A stretch of 63,938 nucleotides of DNA, counting the filler, from an uncultured Ignavibacteriales bacterium (GTDB lineage Bacteria; Zixibacteria; MSB-5A5; GN15; JAAZOE01), in the NCBI GenBank assembly GCA_964611355.1. It is 3 parts of 3 records of this genome, joined end to end, with 100 filler letters (N's around TTAATTAATTAA, not from the genome) between each part and the next. Parts side by side here need not be neighbours in the genome. Positions count along the whole stretch, not along the records: positions 1 to 24,461 come from CAZSYD010000034.1; 2 more parts are not named here. The stretch is one strand, 5' to 3'. The first letter of the stretch is position 1. Each line of letters begins with the position of its first letter. Below the pieces are notes generated by a model. That model searched no databases and had not been told where the DNA came from. It saw only the letters and a list, made by a program, of their open reading frames with translations. The translations under genes and the position numbers were made by a program. Below, piece by piece: positions 1-10,107 of this stretch.

Positions 1-1534
1 CAATTACGTAAAATGTATATTCCTGCTCTTCCGTCAGGCCGCCCACAATGACACTGTTCGAATCGCCGTCGACCTCGACCGAGTCGGGCATAGTCGGCGG
101 TTCGGTATCATAACAGACAAAATAACGATCAATGTCAGCCGGATCCCTCAACTGCCAGCTGACCTGAAGAGACTGCCCGTCGCCTGCATCAATGATGGAA
201 GTTACCCTGACCGGGGGAGGAATCAATTCGCGAGCCACACCCTTGATACAGAAATTGGCCGTACCGTCAAAATCATACAGGTCCAGCCAGACCGAGCCAC
301 TGTCATAAAAGCTCTGGCCGGGTTCGGAAGACGACTCCACAATCACTTTGGCATTGGATCCCAAAAGCACCGGGATATTCGAGGTGCAGTCGTACGCCTG
401 GCCGCCCGCCGAAAGCTCCAGATAAATATAAAAACTATCACCGGCCGTAAGCGCAATCGGGACATCAAGATCAACGGTGTGGAAACCCAGACGCTCAATA
501 GAGCCGCTTTTTGTCGCCAACTCGTCCAGCAGATTATCGCCATCGAAGCGGCCATAGATTTTCACCGTATAGTCGATGTTATCAGCGGCGATATAAAAGT
601 TGACTGCCTCAAGTTCCTGATCGCGGGGCGGAACAAAAGCGTTAAACGCTTCGCTGCAGCCGGTCTTGGTATCGCGCCAGCCATGATAATCGTGGTAATA
701 AAAATAAGTGTAGTACCAATCCATCGAAACGACGTTCTGAAACGAAACCGCCCCCATCTGCGGGTCCTGGCAACAGTGTTTATCGTAATATGAAATCCAG
801 AAAAAACCGTCCTCTCCCCAACCGGAACCCCAGCTGTTCTTGCACAACCACGCGCCGGGCTCCGGCGCCTGCGTAACCTTCTTGTCATCCCAACCCACAA
901 TGGCCACAGCGTGGTTAGGGCTGTAAATACTGCTTGGCGGTTGATAGTGCACATTATTTACCATATAGCCGTTGCTATAGCACATGGCGGTACCCAGAAC
1001 TCCCTCGGTCATAAGCTTGTTCTTGATCGTATCTATATCGCTTAAATCCGCTCCGGCGACGTACCATTCAATATCCCGGATATAGAAATGGTGGTAGTCG
1101 ATATCATACCGAGCAGGCGGCACTGAATATGACTGGCCGTCAATATCGCGCACGGCTCCCTCGCCCCGCGAGAGATAAGCGGACGTAACCATGTAATCGC
1201 CCCCTTCGTGAACGCTCAGGCCGCCGAAAGGCGGATCGATATCATCGTTATTATGATCGTTAAAACCGTTCCACCAGTCGAGATGGTACTCCGCCAGATT
1301 CGGCTCGCCGCTCTCCCCGGCTGATGTCCAATTGCCGGTCATCAGCAAATTTCCTTCCATGGCGGCCATGGCCCCGTGCGTCCAGCAGGTACCGCCGGAC
1401 TGGCTTTTAACCGAACTAACGTAGTTAACGCCGCCGACATCGCGCAAATCAAAGCTTTCCGGCGAGTTGGAAAATGCAATTCCCGGAATGGCGGTTACTA
1501 TAGCGGTCCAAATAATCAATTTCGTTTTATACAT
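1..1534 (-). CDS. Secreted papain-family (C1A) cysteine protease with lectin-like and FN3-like C-terminal domains; partial, runs off the left edge (absent from ORF track)
   Basis: Manual minus-strand translation from ATG at 1534 (GGAGG upstream): signal peptide [22 protein letters not shown], then ESFDLRD...[12 protein letters not shown] (catalytic Cys), [12 protein letters not shown] (His), WLCKNSWG (Asn). Near the window start, SLQVSWQ...[13 protein letters not shown] is FN3-like. Confidence 0.9.
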   Translation of the reverse strand, partial: MYKTKLIIWTAIVTAIPGIAFSNSPESFDLRDVGGVNYVSSVKSQSGGTCWTHGAMAAMEGNLLMTGNWTSAGESGEPNLAEYHLDWWNGFNDHNNDDIDPPFGGLSVHEGGDYMVTSAYLSRGEGAVRDIDGQSYSVPPARYDIDYHHFYIRDIEWYVAGADLSDIDTIKNKLMTEGVLGTAMCYSNGYMVNNVHYQPPSSIYSPNHAVAIVGWDDKKVTQAPEPGAWLCKNSWGSGWGEDGFFWISYYDKHCCQDPQMGAVSFQNVVSMDWYYTYFYYHDYHGWRDTKTGCSEAFNAFVPPRDQELEAVNFYIAADNIDYTVKIYGRFDGDNLLDELATKSGSIERLGFHTVDLDVPIALTAGDSFYIYLELSAGGQAYDCTSNIPVLLGSNAKVIVESSSEPGQSFYDSGSVWLDLYDFDGTANFCIKGVARELIPPPVRVTSIIDAGDGQSLQVSWQLRDPADIDRYFVCYDTEPPTMPDSVEVDGDSNSVIVGGLTEEQEYTFYVI

Positions 1535-1814
1535 ATCGCCTCCGACGATTGGCTGACCCGTGCGCTGTTTCTAAGACGTATAAATCGCGGATCTATCCAA
1601 ACGCCTTTCTTCTTTAATATACTATGAACATTTCCTTCGTCAAGACAGTAATAATCGGGAATTACCGGGAATTCATCGGGGAGACATTACATTTACATAA
1701 TCATAAGTAGAATCTTTGTTAATGCACATATGCCTCTCCGCCTTGGCATCATACCATTTGTTTTTTCGAGGGAAGTCCATTCACTGTTGCAGGGAAAAAG
1801 AAGAAAATAAAGCA

Positions 1815-1849
1815 ATAAGGAGTTCCTCCCTCACAAAGGAACTCCTTAT
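1815..1849 (-). terminator. Intrinsic terminator-like hairpin
   Basis: 13-bp inverted repeat ATAAGGAGTTCCT...AGGAACTCCTTAT followed on the minus strand by a T-rich tract. Confidence 0.55.
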
Positions 1850-2156
1850 CCCCACCTCATTAGTACCCTTCACCGCCATACAGAGTAACTAACTTCATTA
1901 AAAAGTTAAACAAAATGTATGCCGAATATCAGGCTGGTTTATAAACTATTGCAATCTATTTATATGAAAGACGTTAGGCGGAACGCATAAGTTTCGGCAG
2001 GCTATTAAAATGATTTTAGCAATCGCATATTTTGCGATATGTGTTAATGACAAGCCGCCCGCTAATAGGTAACTCGTTGTAAGTATATAATATAATGCGA
2101 TTCACAAAAAGCGCAACCTAATAATATAAAACATATAAAAACGCAGTAATTGCGCT

Positions 2157-3551
2157 TCATCGTTGCATGGGCAGGTGAACCGACATTTTATGAAGATTGT
2201 GGCAAGCTTCCATGACCGCTTCCGAAAAGACGGGATGGGCAAAGATCAGTGAACCAAGCTCGGAGACGGTCAGGCCGCGATTGACAGCCAGCGCCGGAGT
2301 ATGAATCACCTCGGTGGCGTGCGGGCCGACGATATGAACTCCCAGCAGCCTGTCGGTCTTTTTATCACCGATGACTTTCACCTCACCGGCTATTTCGCCT
2401 TCGGCATGAGCCTTCCCTAATACGCGCATCGGGAATGATCCGGTGACAATATCATATTTTTCCGCCGCCTTTTCTTCGGTCAGCCCGACCGAGGCAACCT
2501 CCGGTTGAGTGAATATCACCGATGGAACCCCGAGGTAGTTTATTTCCTGTTTTTGGCCAAGGCAGTTATCAACGGCGACCATTCCCTCGGCCACGGCGGT
2601 ATATGCCAGGAGAACCCGCCCGGCCACATCGCCGATGGCGTATATGTTGTCCTCCGAGGTCCGCATGTAATCGTTGACTTTAACCGAGCCGTTATCGTTC
2701 AGTGTAACGCCAGCTTTTTCCAGGCCGATTCCATCGGTGTTAAAAGCCCTACCGATTGAGACGAGAACCTTTTCCGCTTCAAGTGATTCTCCATTTGACA
2801 GGATGGCCCTGATGGCGTCACCGGATGGCTCGAGCCGTTCGACTTTAGTACCCGTATGAAGTTTAATTCTGAGCTTTTTCAACTCGCGCGATATGATGCT
2901 TGACGACATCACATCCTCCATGGGGAGAGCGCGCGGCATCGTTTCCACCATTTCCACTCTTACGTCAAGATAAGCCAGCATAAAAGCCCATTCGCATCCT
3001 ATAACGCCGGCGCCGACGATAATCATTGACGACGGCAACCGGTCAAGCTCAAGAAGATGGTCGGAAGAGAGGACATTCAATCCGTCCAGCGGAAAGGCCG
3101 GAATATTGACGGAACGGGAGCCGGTGGCGATGATGATATTTTCGGCTTCAATTTCATCCTCGGTTTCATCATCCCGTTCAATATGCACTATGTTTTTTGA
3201 CGCAAGACACCCGGAGCCGTGGTAATACTCGACTCCATAATTCTTGAAAAGCGTTCTTATACCGGATACCAGGCCTGATATAATTTTATCCTTGCGAGCC
3301 AGCATTGCCCGCCAGTCGATAGTCGGCGGCTCGGAGAGATTGATACCAAAGCTGTCGGCATGTTTCATTTTCTGATAAAGTCGGGCTCCGGCAATAAGCG
3401 ACTTTGAAGGGATACAGCCCCGATTCGTGCAAACGCCGCCGAGGGCATCCTTTTCGATAACGGCAACTTTGGCTCTTTTCAGCGCTGCGCGTATGGCTGC
3501 CGTATAACCGCCCGGCCCGGCGCCGATTATGGCTATATCGTACTTTTTGAT
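2157..3551 (-). CDS. lpdA: Dihydrolipoyl dehydrogenase (E3); true N-terminus is 61 codons upstream of the ORF-track start
   Basis: In-frame extension reads IKKYDIAIIGAGPGGYTAAIRAA...GGVCTNRGCIPSK (FAD-binding and redox disulfide motifs); GAGVIG NAD motif; C-terminal HPVFSE. The only start candidate is ATC at 3551 behind AAGGAG; in-frame TAA at 3573-3575. Confidence 0.93.
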   Translation of the reverse strand: MKKYDIAIIGAGPGGYTAAIRAALKRAKVAVIEKDALGGVCTNRGCIPSKSLIAGARLYQKMKHADSFGINLSEPPTIDWRAMLARKDKIISGLVSGIRTLFKNYGVEYYHGSGCLASKNIVHIERDDETEDEIEAENIIIATGSRSVNIPAFPLDGLNVLSSDHLLELDRLPSSMIIVGAGVIGCEWAFMLAYLDVRVEMVETMPRALPMEDVMSSSIISRELKKLRIKLHTGTKVERLEPSGDAIRAILSNGESLEAEKVLVSIGRAFNTDGIGLEKAGVTLNDNGSVKVNDYMRTSEDNIYAIGDVAGRVLLAYTAVAEGMVAVDNCLGQKQEINYLGVPSVIFTQPEVASVGLTEEKAAEKYDIVTGSFPMRVLGKAHAEGEIAGEVKVIGDKKTDRLLGVHIVGPHATEVIHTPALAVNRGLTVSELGSLIFAHPVFSEAVMEACHNLHKMSVHLPMQR

Positions 3552-3674
3552 GGTTCCGCTCCTTTTGGAAGTTTACGATTTATGAAAAAATAATACGCTA
3601 CCGACCTTCGATTCCCAAGTAATTAACAAGGAAAGAACCCGGCGGACGGGCGGGATTATTTTCGGCGACGAAGA

Positions 3675-4232
3675 CTACTTGCTTCCGGTAAGAGTAACGA
3701 TTACAACCAGCGAATCTATCGTGACGCTGAAGTCATTCCGCGGGATAGCCGCCGGATAAATACTGAAAATACCGCTTTCCAGGATATTTTTGATTTCCTC
3801 CACGCAGGAGGTATACTTTACCGATTCATCCCAGTTGATAACTTTGGAACCGTTAGCCGGTATGGTCAGTCCCGTGAAGAGCACCTCAATGCCGCCATCA
3901 ATGGCATCGTCAATTGTACTCCAGTTACTTGAGGTATCCGGATCAATAAGCAACTGGAAAGTGACATCCGAATTCAGGTTGTTAGCTACTGACAGGTAAA
4001 AACCCACGTTGTCAATATCCTTGATTTTGTCCTTATATTCCTCGAAATCTTCATCATCATTAAGGTCAACTTCCATTTCACTCTGATCGAAGTCGTTTTC
4101 GGTGATGGTGACCGGATTCGGATCGGGGACAAGCTTGACGGTTATAACGGCGGTGCCGGTTACAATGCAACCGGCAATAACGGCCATTACGGCCAATGCC
4201 ACTGAGATAGATATAATATGCTTTCTATTCAT
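3675..4232 (-). CDS. Hypothetical lipoprotein
   Basis: Signal peptide ending in lipobox VIAGC; beta-rich acidic mature part; AGGAGG RBS. Confidence 0.7.
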   Translation of the reverse strand: MNRKHIISISVALAVMAVIAGCIVTGTAVITVKLVPDPNPVTITENDFDQSEMEVDLNDDEDFEEYKDKIKDIDNVGFYLSVANNLNSDVTFQLLIDPDTSSNWSTIDDAIDGGIEVLFTGLTIPANGSKVINWDESVKYTSCVEEIKNILESGIFSIYPAAIPRNDFSVTIDSLVVIVTLTGSK

Positions 4233-4245
4233 TACCAGTCACCTC

Positions 4246-4785
4246 CTACATAGCGCCAAAGTAATAGGTTATTCCGGCGGTAACCTCAACCGATTTTTTT
4301 GATGCCGATCCTTCGGACGAAGCGATGTTGGCTCGCCCGCGCACGTCAACGTCAAGATACGACGTAAGCCCCAAAGCGACCCCGAGCCCGAGAGACCACC
4401 CTGACTTGTTTGTCGTCTCGTCGCCGTCCCGTTTGGTATTATAGACTGCGCCGCCCAGCAACAGATACGGTTTGGGGCCGATGGCAGCAAGACCGCCGCC
4501 GAGAATAAGATCGACGCCATAATGTTTTATCGAGGAACCCGCCCTTTTGCCGACACCGACAATCTCTGCATCCCCGTATCCGCCGATAGTCAGATTCGGC
4601 TCGAGGGCCAGCGGTCCCGGCAGATTAACACGAGCCCTGACTCCTGCCAAATACCCCGATGCCTGATCTTCCTGCACAATCGGATATAGAACGCCCCCGA
4701 AAACCCCAACCCCAAAAGGTTCAGCGTAAGACACCGGGGCGATGATTATGACCAAAAGAAAAACCAGTATGATCGTTTTCCCCAT
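4246..4785 (-). CDS. Small outer-membrane beta-barrel protein (OmpA/OMP_b-brl-like)
   Basis: Signal peptide, amphipathic strands, KPYLLLGG, C-terminal AGITYYF. Confidence 0.75.
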   Translation of the reverse strand: MGKTIILVFLLVIIIAPVSYAEPFGVGVFGGVLYPIVQEDQASGYLAGVRARVNLPGPLALEPNLTIGGYGDAEIVGVGKRAGSSIKHYGVDLILGGGLAAIGPKPYLLLGGAVYNTKRDGDETTNKSGWSLGLGVALGLTSYLDVDVRGRANIASSEGSASKKSVEVTAGITYYFGAM

Positions 4786-5118
4786 TTTCTCTCCTTAAAT
4801 AAAACGTATTCTGTTGCCTGATTATAACCTGCCGATACCCGCGGGTCAACTTCTAAACAGCTTACACCGCAAAATAGGCAAATGTTCCGGCGCGCATAAC
4901 GGTATCACAATAATGAGCTTTATCGGGACAGCAACAATGGTAAATTTGTTCAAGACTGACCGCAAATCGGTGGTTTTATAAACCAAACTTATTTTTTCTT
5001 GCATACTAAACCGGCGCCGACCCTTATGGTTCTCGTAATGCACGCGATGGCAATGACTTACGTAACGCGGGCAATCTTTATTTTTTTGCTCCTTTACGAT
5101 TTTTCGGCCACAAACTAC

Positions 5119-5146
5119 TTGACAGGCCTGCAAATCGTTATAATAT
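5119..5146 (+). promoter_or_regulatory. Candidate sigma70 promoter of the polyamine operon
   Basis: TTGACA (5119-5124), 16 bp, TAATAT (5141-5146; overlapping TATAAT at 5139), about 45 bp before the regulator ATG. Confidence 0.45.
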
Positions 5147-5188
5147 AGGCATACTTTACTAAACTTTTTAAGAGTCTATAATAAACTA

Positions 5189-5734
5189 ATGAAGCCGAGG
5201 ATTGGACAGAAAATTAAAAACCTCAGACTGGCCGCCGAACTGACCCAGTCAGAGCTGGCTGACCGGGCGCAGTTGACAAAGGGATTCATATCCCAGGTTG
5301 AAAACGACCAGACTTCCATTTCGCTCGACTCGCTGGTTGATATCCTTGAAGCTCTGGGGATAGGTCTTAGTGAATTTTTCGCCGATGACGGCGAGGGCGA
5401 CCGGATAGCCTTTACCCCATCCGACAGAATATCGCTTCCGGGAAAAGGAGCCAGGGTTTTTGACCTCCTGGTTCCAGGCTCGACCAACAACCTGATGGAT
5501 CCAATACTGATATCCCTCGACCCGGAGGAACATCTGCCGGTTGAGGACCCTCACAGCGGCGAGGAATTCGGTTATGTCCTCTCGGGTCAATTACTGATAA
5601 AGCTCGGCAAGAAAAGCTACCGGGTTAAAAAAGACGGATGTTTCTACTTTGAAGCCGATAAACGGCATCAATTTCAGAATAAAGGGAAAAGCAAGACAAC
5701 CTTTATCTGGGTGGTGGCTCCGCCCCAGATGTAA
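5189..5734 (+). CDS. XRE-family HTH + cupin transcriptional regulator (PuuR-like)
   Basis: IGQKIKNLR...LTQSELA...KGFISQVEN HTH; cupin HSGEEFGYVLSG...YFEADKRHQFQN; first gene of a polyamine operon. Confidence 0.88.
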   Translation: MKPRIGQKIKNLRLAAELTQSELADRAQLTKGFISQVENDQTSISLDSLVDILEALGIGLSEFFADDGEGDRIAFTPSDRISLPGKGARVFDLLVPGSTNNLMDPILISLDPEEHLPVEDPHSGEEFGYVLSGQLLIKLGKKSYRVKKDGCFYFEADKRHQFQNKGKSKTTFIWVVAPPQM

Positions 5735-5767
5735 CCGGCCCCTTAAGCAGGAAGGAGGGACAGAACC

Positions 5768-6181
5768 ATGAAGCAACTCGGACGACACATTCTGGCGGAA
5801 TTTACAGGTTGTGACACCGAGGTCTTAAACAACATCGAACAAATTAAAACGACCCTGCTTGAGGCGGCCCGACAATCGGGGGCGACAATTGTCGATTCCG
5901 TTTTCCATCAGTATAACCCTTATGGCCTTTCCGGGGTGGTGGTCATCGCCGAATCGCATATCTCCATTCACACCTGGCCGGAATACGGTTATGCCGCCGT
6001 TGACTTCTTTACGTGCGGGGATCAGGTAGATCCCTGGAAAGCGTGCCGGTACATGAAGAAAAAGCTGGCCTGTCCGGAAATGCACACGCAGGAAATTTCC
6101 CGGGGAATTCCCGGCGGACCGGACGAAATCATCCCGCATAAGCCACTCGATAAACCGTCCTTCAATCGGAAACCGGCATAA
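5768..6181 (+). CDS. speD: S-adenosylmethionine decarboxylase proenzyme (class 1B)
   Basis: LGRHILAEF...[27 protein letters not shown] pyruvoyl cleavage signature. Confidence 0.95.
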   Translation: MKQLGRHILAEFTGCDTEVLNNIEQIKTTLLEAARQSGATIVDSVFHQYNPYGLSGVVVIAESHISIHTWPEYGYAAVDFFTCGDQVDPWKACRYMKKKLACPEMHTQEISRGIPGGPDEIIPHKPLDKPSFNRKPA

Positions 6182-6195
6182 CGCAGGAGGCGATT

Positions 6196-7353
6196 ATGAA
6201 ATCCGCCTGTATTAAAAGTGGGCCGCCGAGCACGCATTTGCGCGGCATCGATCTGAACCTGGCCGCCGATTTATCCGAAAAAAACACCACCCCATTTATG
6301 CTTTTAAGAACAAGCTTGCTGGAACGCAATCTTATGCGGCTGCGGCGAGCGCTACCCGGCGTTGACGTTTATTATGCGGTCAAGGCCAACGATCATCCGG
6401 CCGTCATCAAAACCCTGCTTGAGAATAATTGTTATTTTGACATATCTTCCGTCCGGGAGCTTCAAATAGTGAAAGAATGCGGCGGTCGAGCGGAGAAGAC
6501 CATTCATACCAACCCGATCAAAAGCATAATGGAATTCGATCGTGCGGTGAATACGGGAGCGCGGATTTTTGTAGCCGACAGCGTTGGAGAACTGGAGAAG
6601 TTCGCCCGCTATGGAGATAAAGCAGGCGTCCTTCTAAGATTCAAAACCGAGCCGGGCGGTTCGGTCGTAAATCTATCTTACAAGTTCGGCGCCGACCCGG
6701 TCCAAATAGCCGGACTGCTGGACCGGATAATAGACCTTAAGTTGCCATTCAAAGGATTTTGCTTTCACGTAGGTTCTCAGTGCACCGATATATCCAATTA
6801 CGTCTCGGCCATCAATGCCGCGGCTGAATTGATCGAACTGGCGCGCGACAAGGGCCTGGAAACCGGGATACTCGACATCGGGGGCGGTTTTCCGATCAGA
6901 TATACCGAGGATGTGCCCGGAATTGAATCAATCGGCAAAGCAGTCTCAAAAGCGCTGAATGAAAAAATTGACCCTTCTGTTCGGGTCGTGTGCGAACCGG
7001 GCCGGTTTATTTCAGGCGATGCGGTTACCCTCTTTGCCTCGGTAATCGGAAAAGCGGTGCGCGACGGCGTCAAATGGTACTATATCGATGATGGTCTTTA
7101 CGGTTCATTCTCAGGCTGTTTGTTCGATCATTGCACTTACCGGATTATGACAAACCGGAACACAAAATGGGAAAAAGTCGTCCTGGCCGGCCCGACCTGC
7201 GATTCATTCGACGTTATTTACAAAGAATGCCTCCTGCCGCCTTTGGAAATAGGCGATGTTTTGATGTTTCCGGCCATGGGAGCCTATTGCCGGGTTTCCG
7301 CCACCGGTTTCAACGGCCTTGGGCAAGCACAGGTAATCGTTGCTGACCGGTGA
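6196..7353 (+). CDS. Fold-type III PLP ornithine/lysine decarboxylase
   Basis: YYAVKAN (PLP lysine), KFGA, FHVGSQ, LDIGGGF, EPGR, GPTCDSFD, MGAY. Confidence 0.92.
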   Translation: MKSACIKSGPPSTHLRGIDLNLAADLSEKNTTPFMLLRTSLLERNLMRLRRALPGVDVYYAVKANDHPAVIKTLLENNCYFDISSVRELQIVKECGGRAEKTIHTNPIKSIMEFDRAVNTGARIFVADSVGELEKFARYGDKAGVLLRFKTEPGGSVVNLSYKFGADPVQIAGLLDRIIDLKLPFKGFCFHVGSQCTDISNYVSAINAAAELIELARDKGLETGILDIGGGFPIRYTEDVPGIESIGKAVSKALNEKIDPSVRVVCEPGRFISGDAVTLFASVIGKAVRDGVKWYYIDDGLYGSFSGCLFDHCTYRIMTNRNTKWEKVVLAGPTCDSFDVIYKECLLPPLEIGDVLMFPAMGAYCRVSATGFNGLGQAQVIVADR

Positions 7354-7371
7354 ATGGCAGGGAGGAGAAAA

Positions 7372-8262
7372 ATGGCAGAGCCGGGAGATCGCTACATACA
7401 TGAAGAGTCCATGGGGGAATTATGGAACGTCTGGTTCACCGAACTGCACCAGGGCAAATCGGGCCTGACGTTTAAGATCAGCCGCCTGCTGGAATCTATC
7501 GACACCCCGTATCAACGAATCGATGTTATCGAAACCGAGGAATTCGGCCGGGCGCTGGTTCTCTACGGATCGCTGATGGTTGCCGACGGCGACACCGGAG
7601 CCTATAACGAAATGATCGCCCACGTGCCGCTTTTTGTCCATCCCCGACCGGATGAGGTGCTGGTCATCGGAGGCGGTGACGGCGGTTGCGTCACCAACGT
7701 TTTGATGCATCACGAGGTCAGGCGTTGCACCATCTGCGAAATTGACGAAATGGTGATCGAAACCTCCAGAAAATATTTCCCGAAACTGACCGGCGGTTTT
7801 GATGATCCCCGATTGCGCAAGATTATAAAAGACGGCAAAATCTTTATTTCAGAAACCGATGAGAAATTCGATATCATTATTCTGGATCTGTCGGATCCGA
7901 TTGGCCCGGCGGCCAACCTGTTCCAGAAATCTTTCCATCAGGCGGTCTTCGACCGCTTAAATAACGATGGCATATTGGTGGCCCAGTCGGAGTCTCCCCT
8001 TTTCAATCCCAAAACGGTGACGGCTATTTATGAAAACCTGAAAGACATATTCCCGATCGTTAAAATGTACACCTGCCTGATGCCTATCTACCCGTCCTGT
8101 TACTGGTCGTTCGCCTTTTGCTCCAAGAAGTATCACCCTCTTGACGATTTCTATTCCGACCGATACGCCGAAACCAATCTTGACGGGTGCACATATTATA
8201 ACAAAGATATCCACTTCGGCTCTTTCGCCCTGCCTCGGTATGCAAAGAAATTAGTAGAATAA
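7372..8262 (+). CDS. speE: Polyamine aminopropyltransferase (spermidine synthase)
   Basis: WFTE, YNEMIAHVP, VLVIGGGDGG, CEID, IILDLSDPIGPA, AQSESP; start set at the ATG following GGAGGAG. Confidence 0.95.
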   Translation: MAEPGDRYIHEESMGELWNVWFTELHQGKSGLTFKISRLLESIDTPYQRIDVIETEEFGRALVLYGSLMVADGDTGAYNEMIAHVPLFVHPRPDEVLVIGGGDGGCVTNVLMHHEVRRCTICEIDEMVIETSRKYFPKLTGGFDDPRLRKIIKDGKIFISETDEKFDIIILDLSDPIGPAANLFQKSFHQAVFDRLNNDGILVAQSESPLFNPKTVTAIYENLKDIFPIVKMYTCLMPIYPSCYWSFAFCSKKYHPLDDFYSDRYAETNLDGCTYYNKDIHFGSFALPRYAKKLVE

Positions 8263-8315
8263 GACAGGCTATTGCAAAAACCGACCAATCGGCCGGCGTA
8301 TACCATAGCGGATAA

Positions 8316-9977
8316 TCAACAATTTTCGTAATTGGGCCCGCCGCCGCCTTCCGGTACCGTCCAGTTTATATTCTGGTAAGGATCGGCCACCTCGCAGGTC
8401 TTACAGTGGATACAGTTGGACGGCGTCAACTGGAGGTGTTTGCCGGAGCCGTCTTCATTATCAACCATTTCATACACCTGGGCCGGACAAAAATACCGGC
8501 ACGGATTACCATACTCCTCAGTACACCTGTTGTTGCAGATATCATAGTCTTCGATTACCAAATGAGGCGGCTGGTCTTCCTCGTGCTTGGTCCCGCTTTT
8601 GTAAACGTCGGTCAACTTGTCGAAGGTGAGTTTGTTGTCGAATTTCATGGGGGGAGCCGGCTCTTTACCATTGGAGAAAAATTCACCAAGTTTCATCATG
8701 TAGACATGATCAGGTTTAGTCTCGCGGCGGTCAAAAAGCCCCCGACCACCGGTCAGAAACTGAAAGCCGAAGTGAATCATACCGGATACCAGACCGCCCT
8801 CGAAGCCCTGGTGATAATTGCGGACCTTGTGCAGTTCCCGCTTGGCGGTGCTTTGTTCGAATTTGCCCTGCATAACTGAGAGAGTTTCAGCCGAGTAGTC
8901 TTTTTTCTCAATCGCTCCGAGGATTGTCTCAGCCGCCATCATGCCCGACTGAATGGCCAGATGAATGCCTTTCAGCCGCAGGGAATTGAGGAATCCGCCT
9001 GAATCTCCAATGATGAGCAGGCCGCTATCATACAAACGGGGCATGGCGTAGCACCCGCCTTCCGGAATCGTTTTCGCCCCGTAATGCAACATCGTGCCAC
9101 CCTCCAGAATATTTTTAATCGAAGGGTGCATCTTGAATTCCTGAAAACGGCGATGGGGATCGCCGGTAGGATCAGGCGAATTGAGGCCTGCGGCAAAGCC
9201 GACGGACAACATACTGCCAGACATTTTGTAAGCAAAGCCGCCGCCATATTCATTGAGCGGCAAAGGCGCGCCAAATGTGTGTATTATTTCTCCCTCCGAA
9301 AGGCGGCCTTCCGGAATTTCCCAGACCTCTTTAACACCGGTCAGGTACGATTGACTGATGCTGCTGTCAAAAATATTCAGTTTTTTGTCAGCCTGCCCGG
9401 TCAGGGAGCCGTGAGTCCCCTCGGCCAGAATGGTGACGTTGGCCTTAATAATTGTGCCCGGTTCGAAGTTGGACTTCGGCTCACCGTTTTTATCAAGACC
9501 CATGTCAACAGTCTGAACGCCGACTACCCTGCCGTTCTCAACGATCAGATCGGAAGCGGCCGTCTCAGGGTATATCTCCACCCCGAGAGCTTCTGTCTGT
9601 TCGGCCAGCCAGCCGGTAAATTTGTTAAGTGATATTATATAATTACCATGATTTCCCATACCGGGCGGCGTGAACGGTATCCTGAAGTGGGATTTCCCGG
9701 TCAAAAACCAGAGTGAATCCCTGCCCACTTTGGCTTCATACGGCATTCCCCGTTCAAGATAATCAGGTATCAGAGCGGCGATTCCACCAGGGTCCATCAC
9801 TGCTCCTGACAGCGAGTGCGCCCCCGGATAGCTCCCTTTTTCTATGACCAGTATGCCTGGCGCTTCCACGCCGGAAGCTTCCGCTTTCTTTATCAAGTGA
9901 TAGGCGCAGGCCAGACCGGCCGGACCGGCGCCAACTATCAGGATATCAACATCCAAAACATCACGTTCTATATCCAC
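8316..9977 (-). CDS. Electron-transfer flavoprotein:quinone oxidoreductase
   Basis: VGAGPAGL FAD motif, GAHSLSGAV, KGIHLAIQSG, HEEDQPPHL, C-terminal FCPAQVYE...NCIHCKTC...VPEGGGGPNY. Confidence 0.93.
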   Translation of the reverse strand: MDIERDVLDVDILIVGAGPAGLACAYHLIKKAEASGVEAPGILVIEKGSYPGAHSLSGAVMDPGGIAALIPDYLERGMPYEAKVGRDSLWFLTGKSHFRIPFTPPGMGNHGNYIISLNKFTGWLAEQTEALGVEIYPETAASDLIVENGRVVGVQTVDMGLDKNGEPKSNFEPGTIIKANVTILAEGTHGSLTGQADKKLNIFDSSISQSYLTGVKEVWEIPEGRLSEGEIIHTFGAPLPLNEYGGGFAYKMSGSMLSVGFAAGLNSPDPTGDPHRRFQEFKMHPSIKNILEGGTMLHYGAKTIPEGGCYAMPRLYDSGLLIIGDSGGFLNSLRLKGIHLAIQSGMMAAETILGAIEKKDYSAETLSVMQGKFEQSTAKRELHKVRNYHQGFEGGLVSGMIHFGFQFLTGGRGLFDRRETKPDHVYMMKLGEFFSNGKEPAPPMKFDNKLTFDKLTDVYKSGTKHEEDQPPHLVIEDYDICNNRCTEEYGNPCRYFCPAQVYEMVDNEDGSGKHLQLTPSNCIHCKTCEVADPYQNINWTVPEGGGGPNYENC

Positions 9978-10107
9978 GCACTTCTCCTTTCCCGAAATAC
10001 GCGGAATATAACCGAACGGGATGCAGATGTAAAGGACTTACCCAAAACGCGGAATAAACTTAATACGGTAATATACAGCAGGCGAAGCGTACGCGAATTA
10101 CTCGTTG

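Noticed and set aside
343..1627. Short ORF-track entries (70-130 aa) at the window start
   Set aside because: Off-frame or antisense shadows of the protease at 1-1534; the same applies to most short ORFs overlapping the called genes throughout the window
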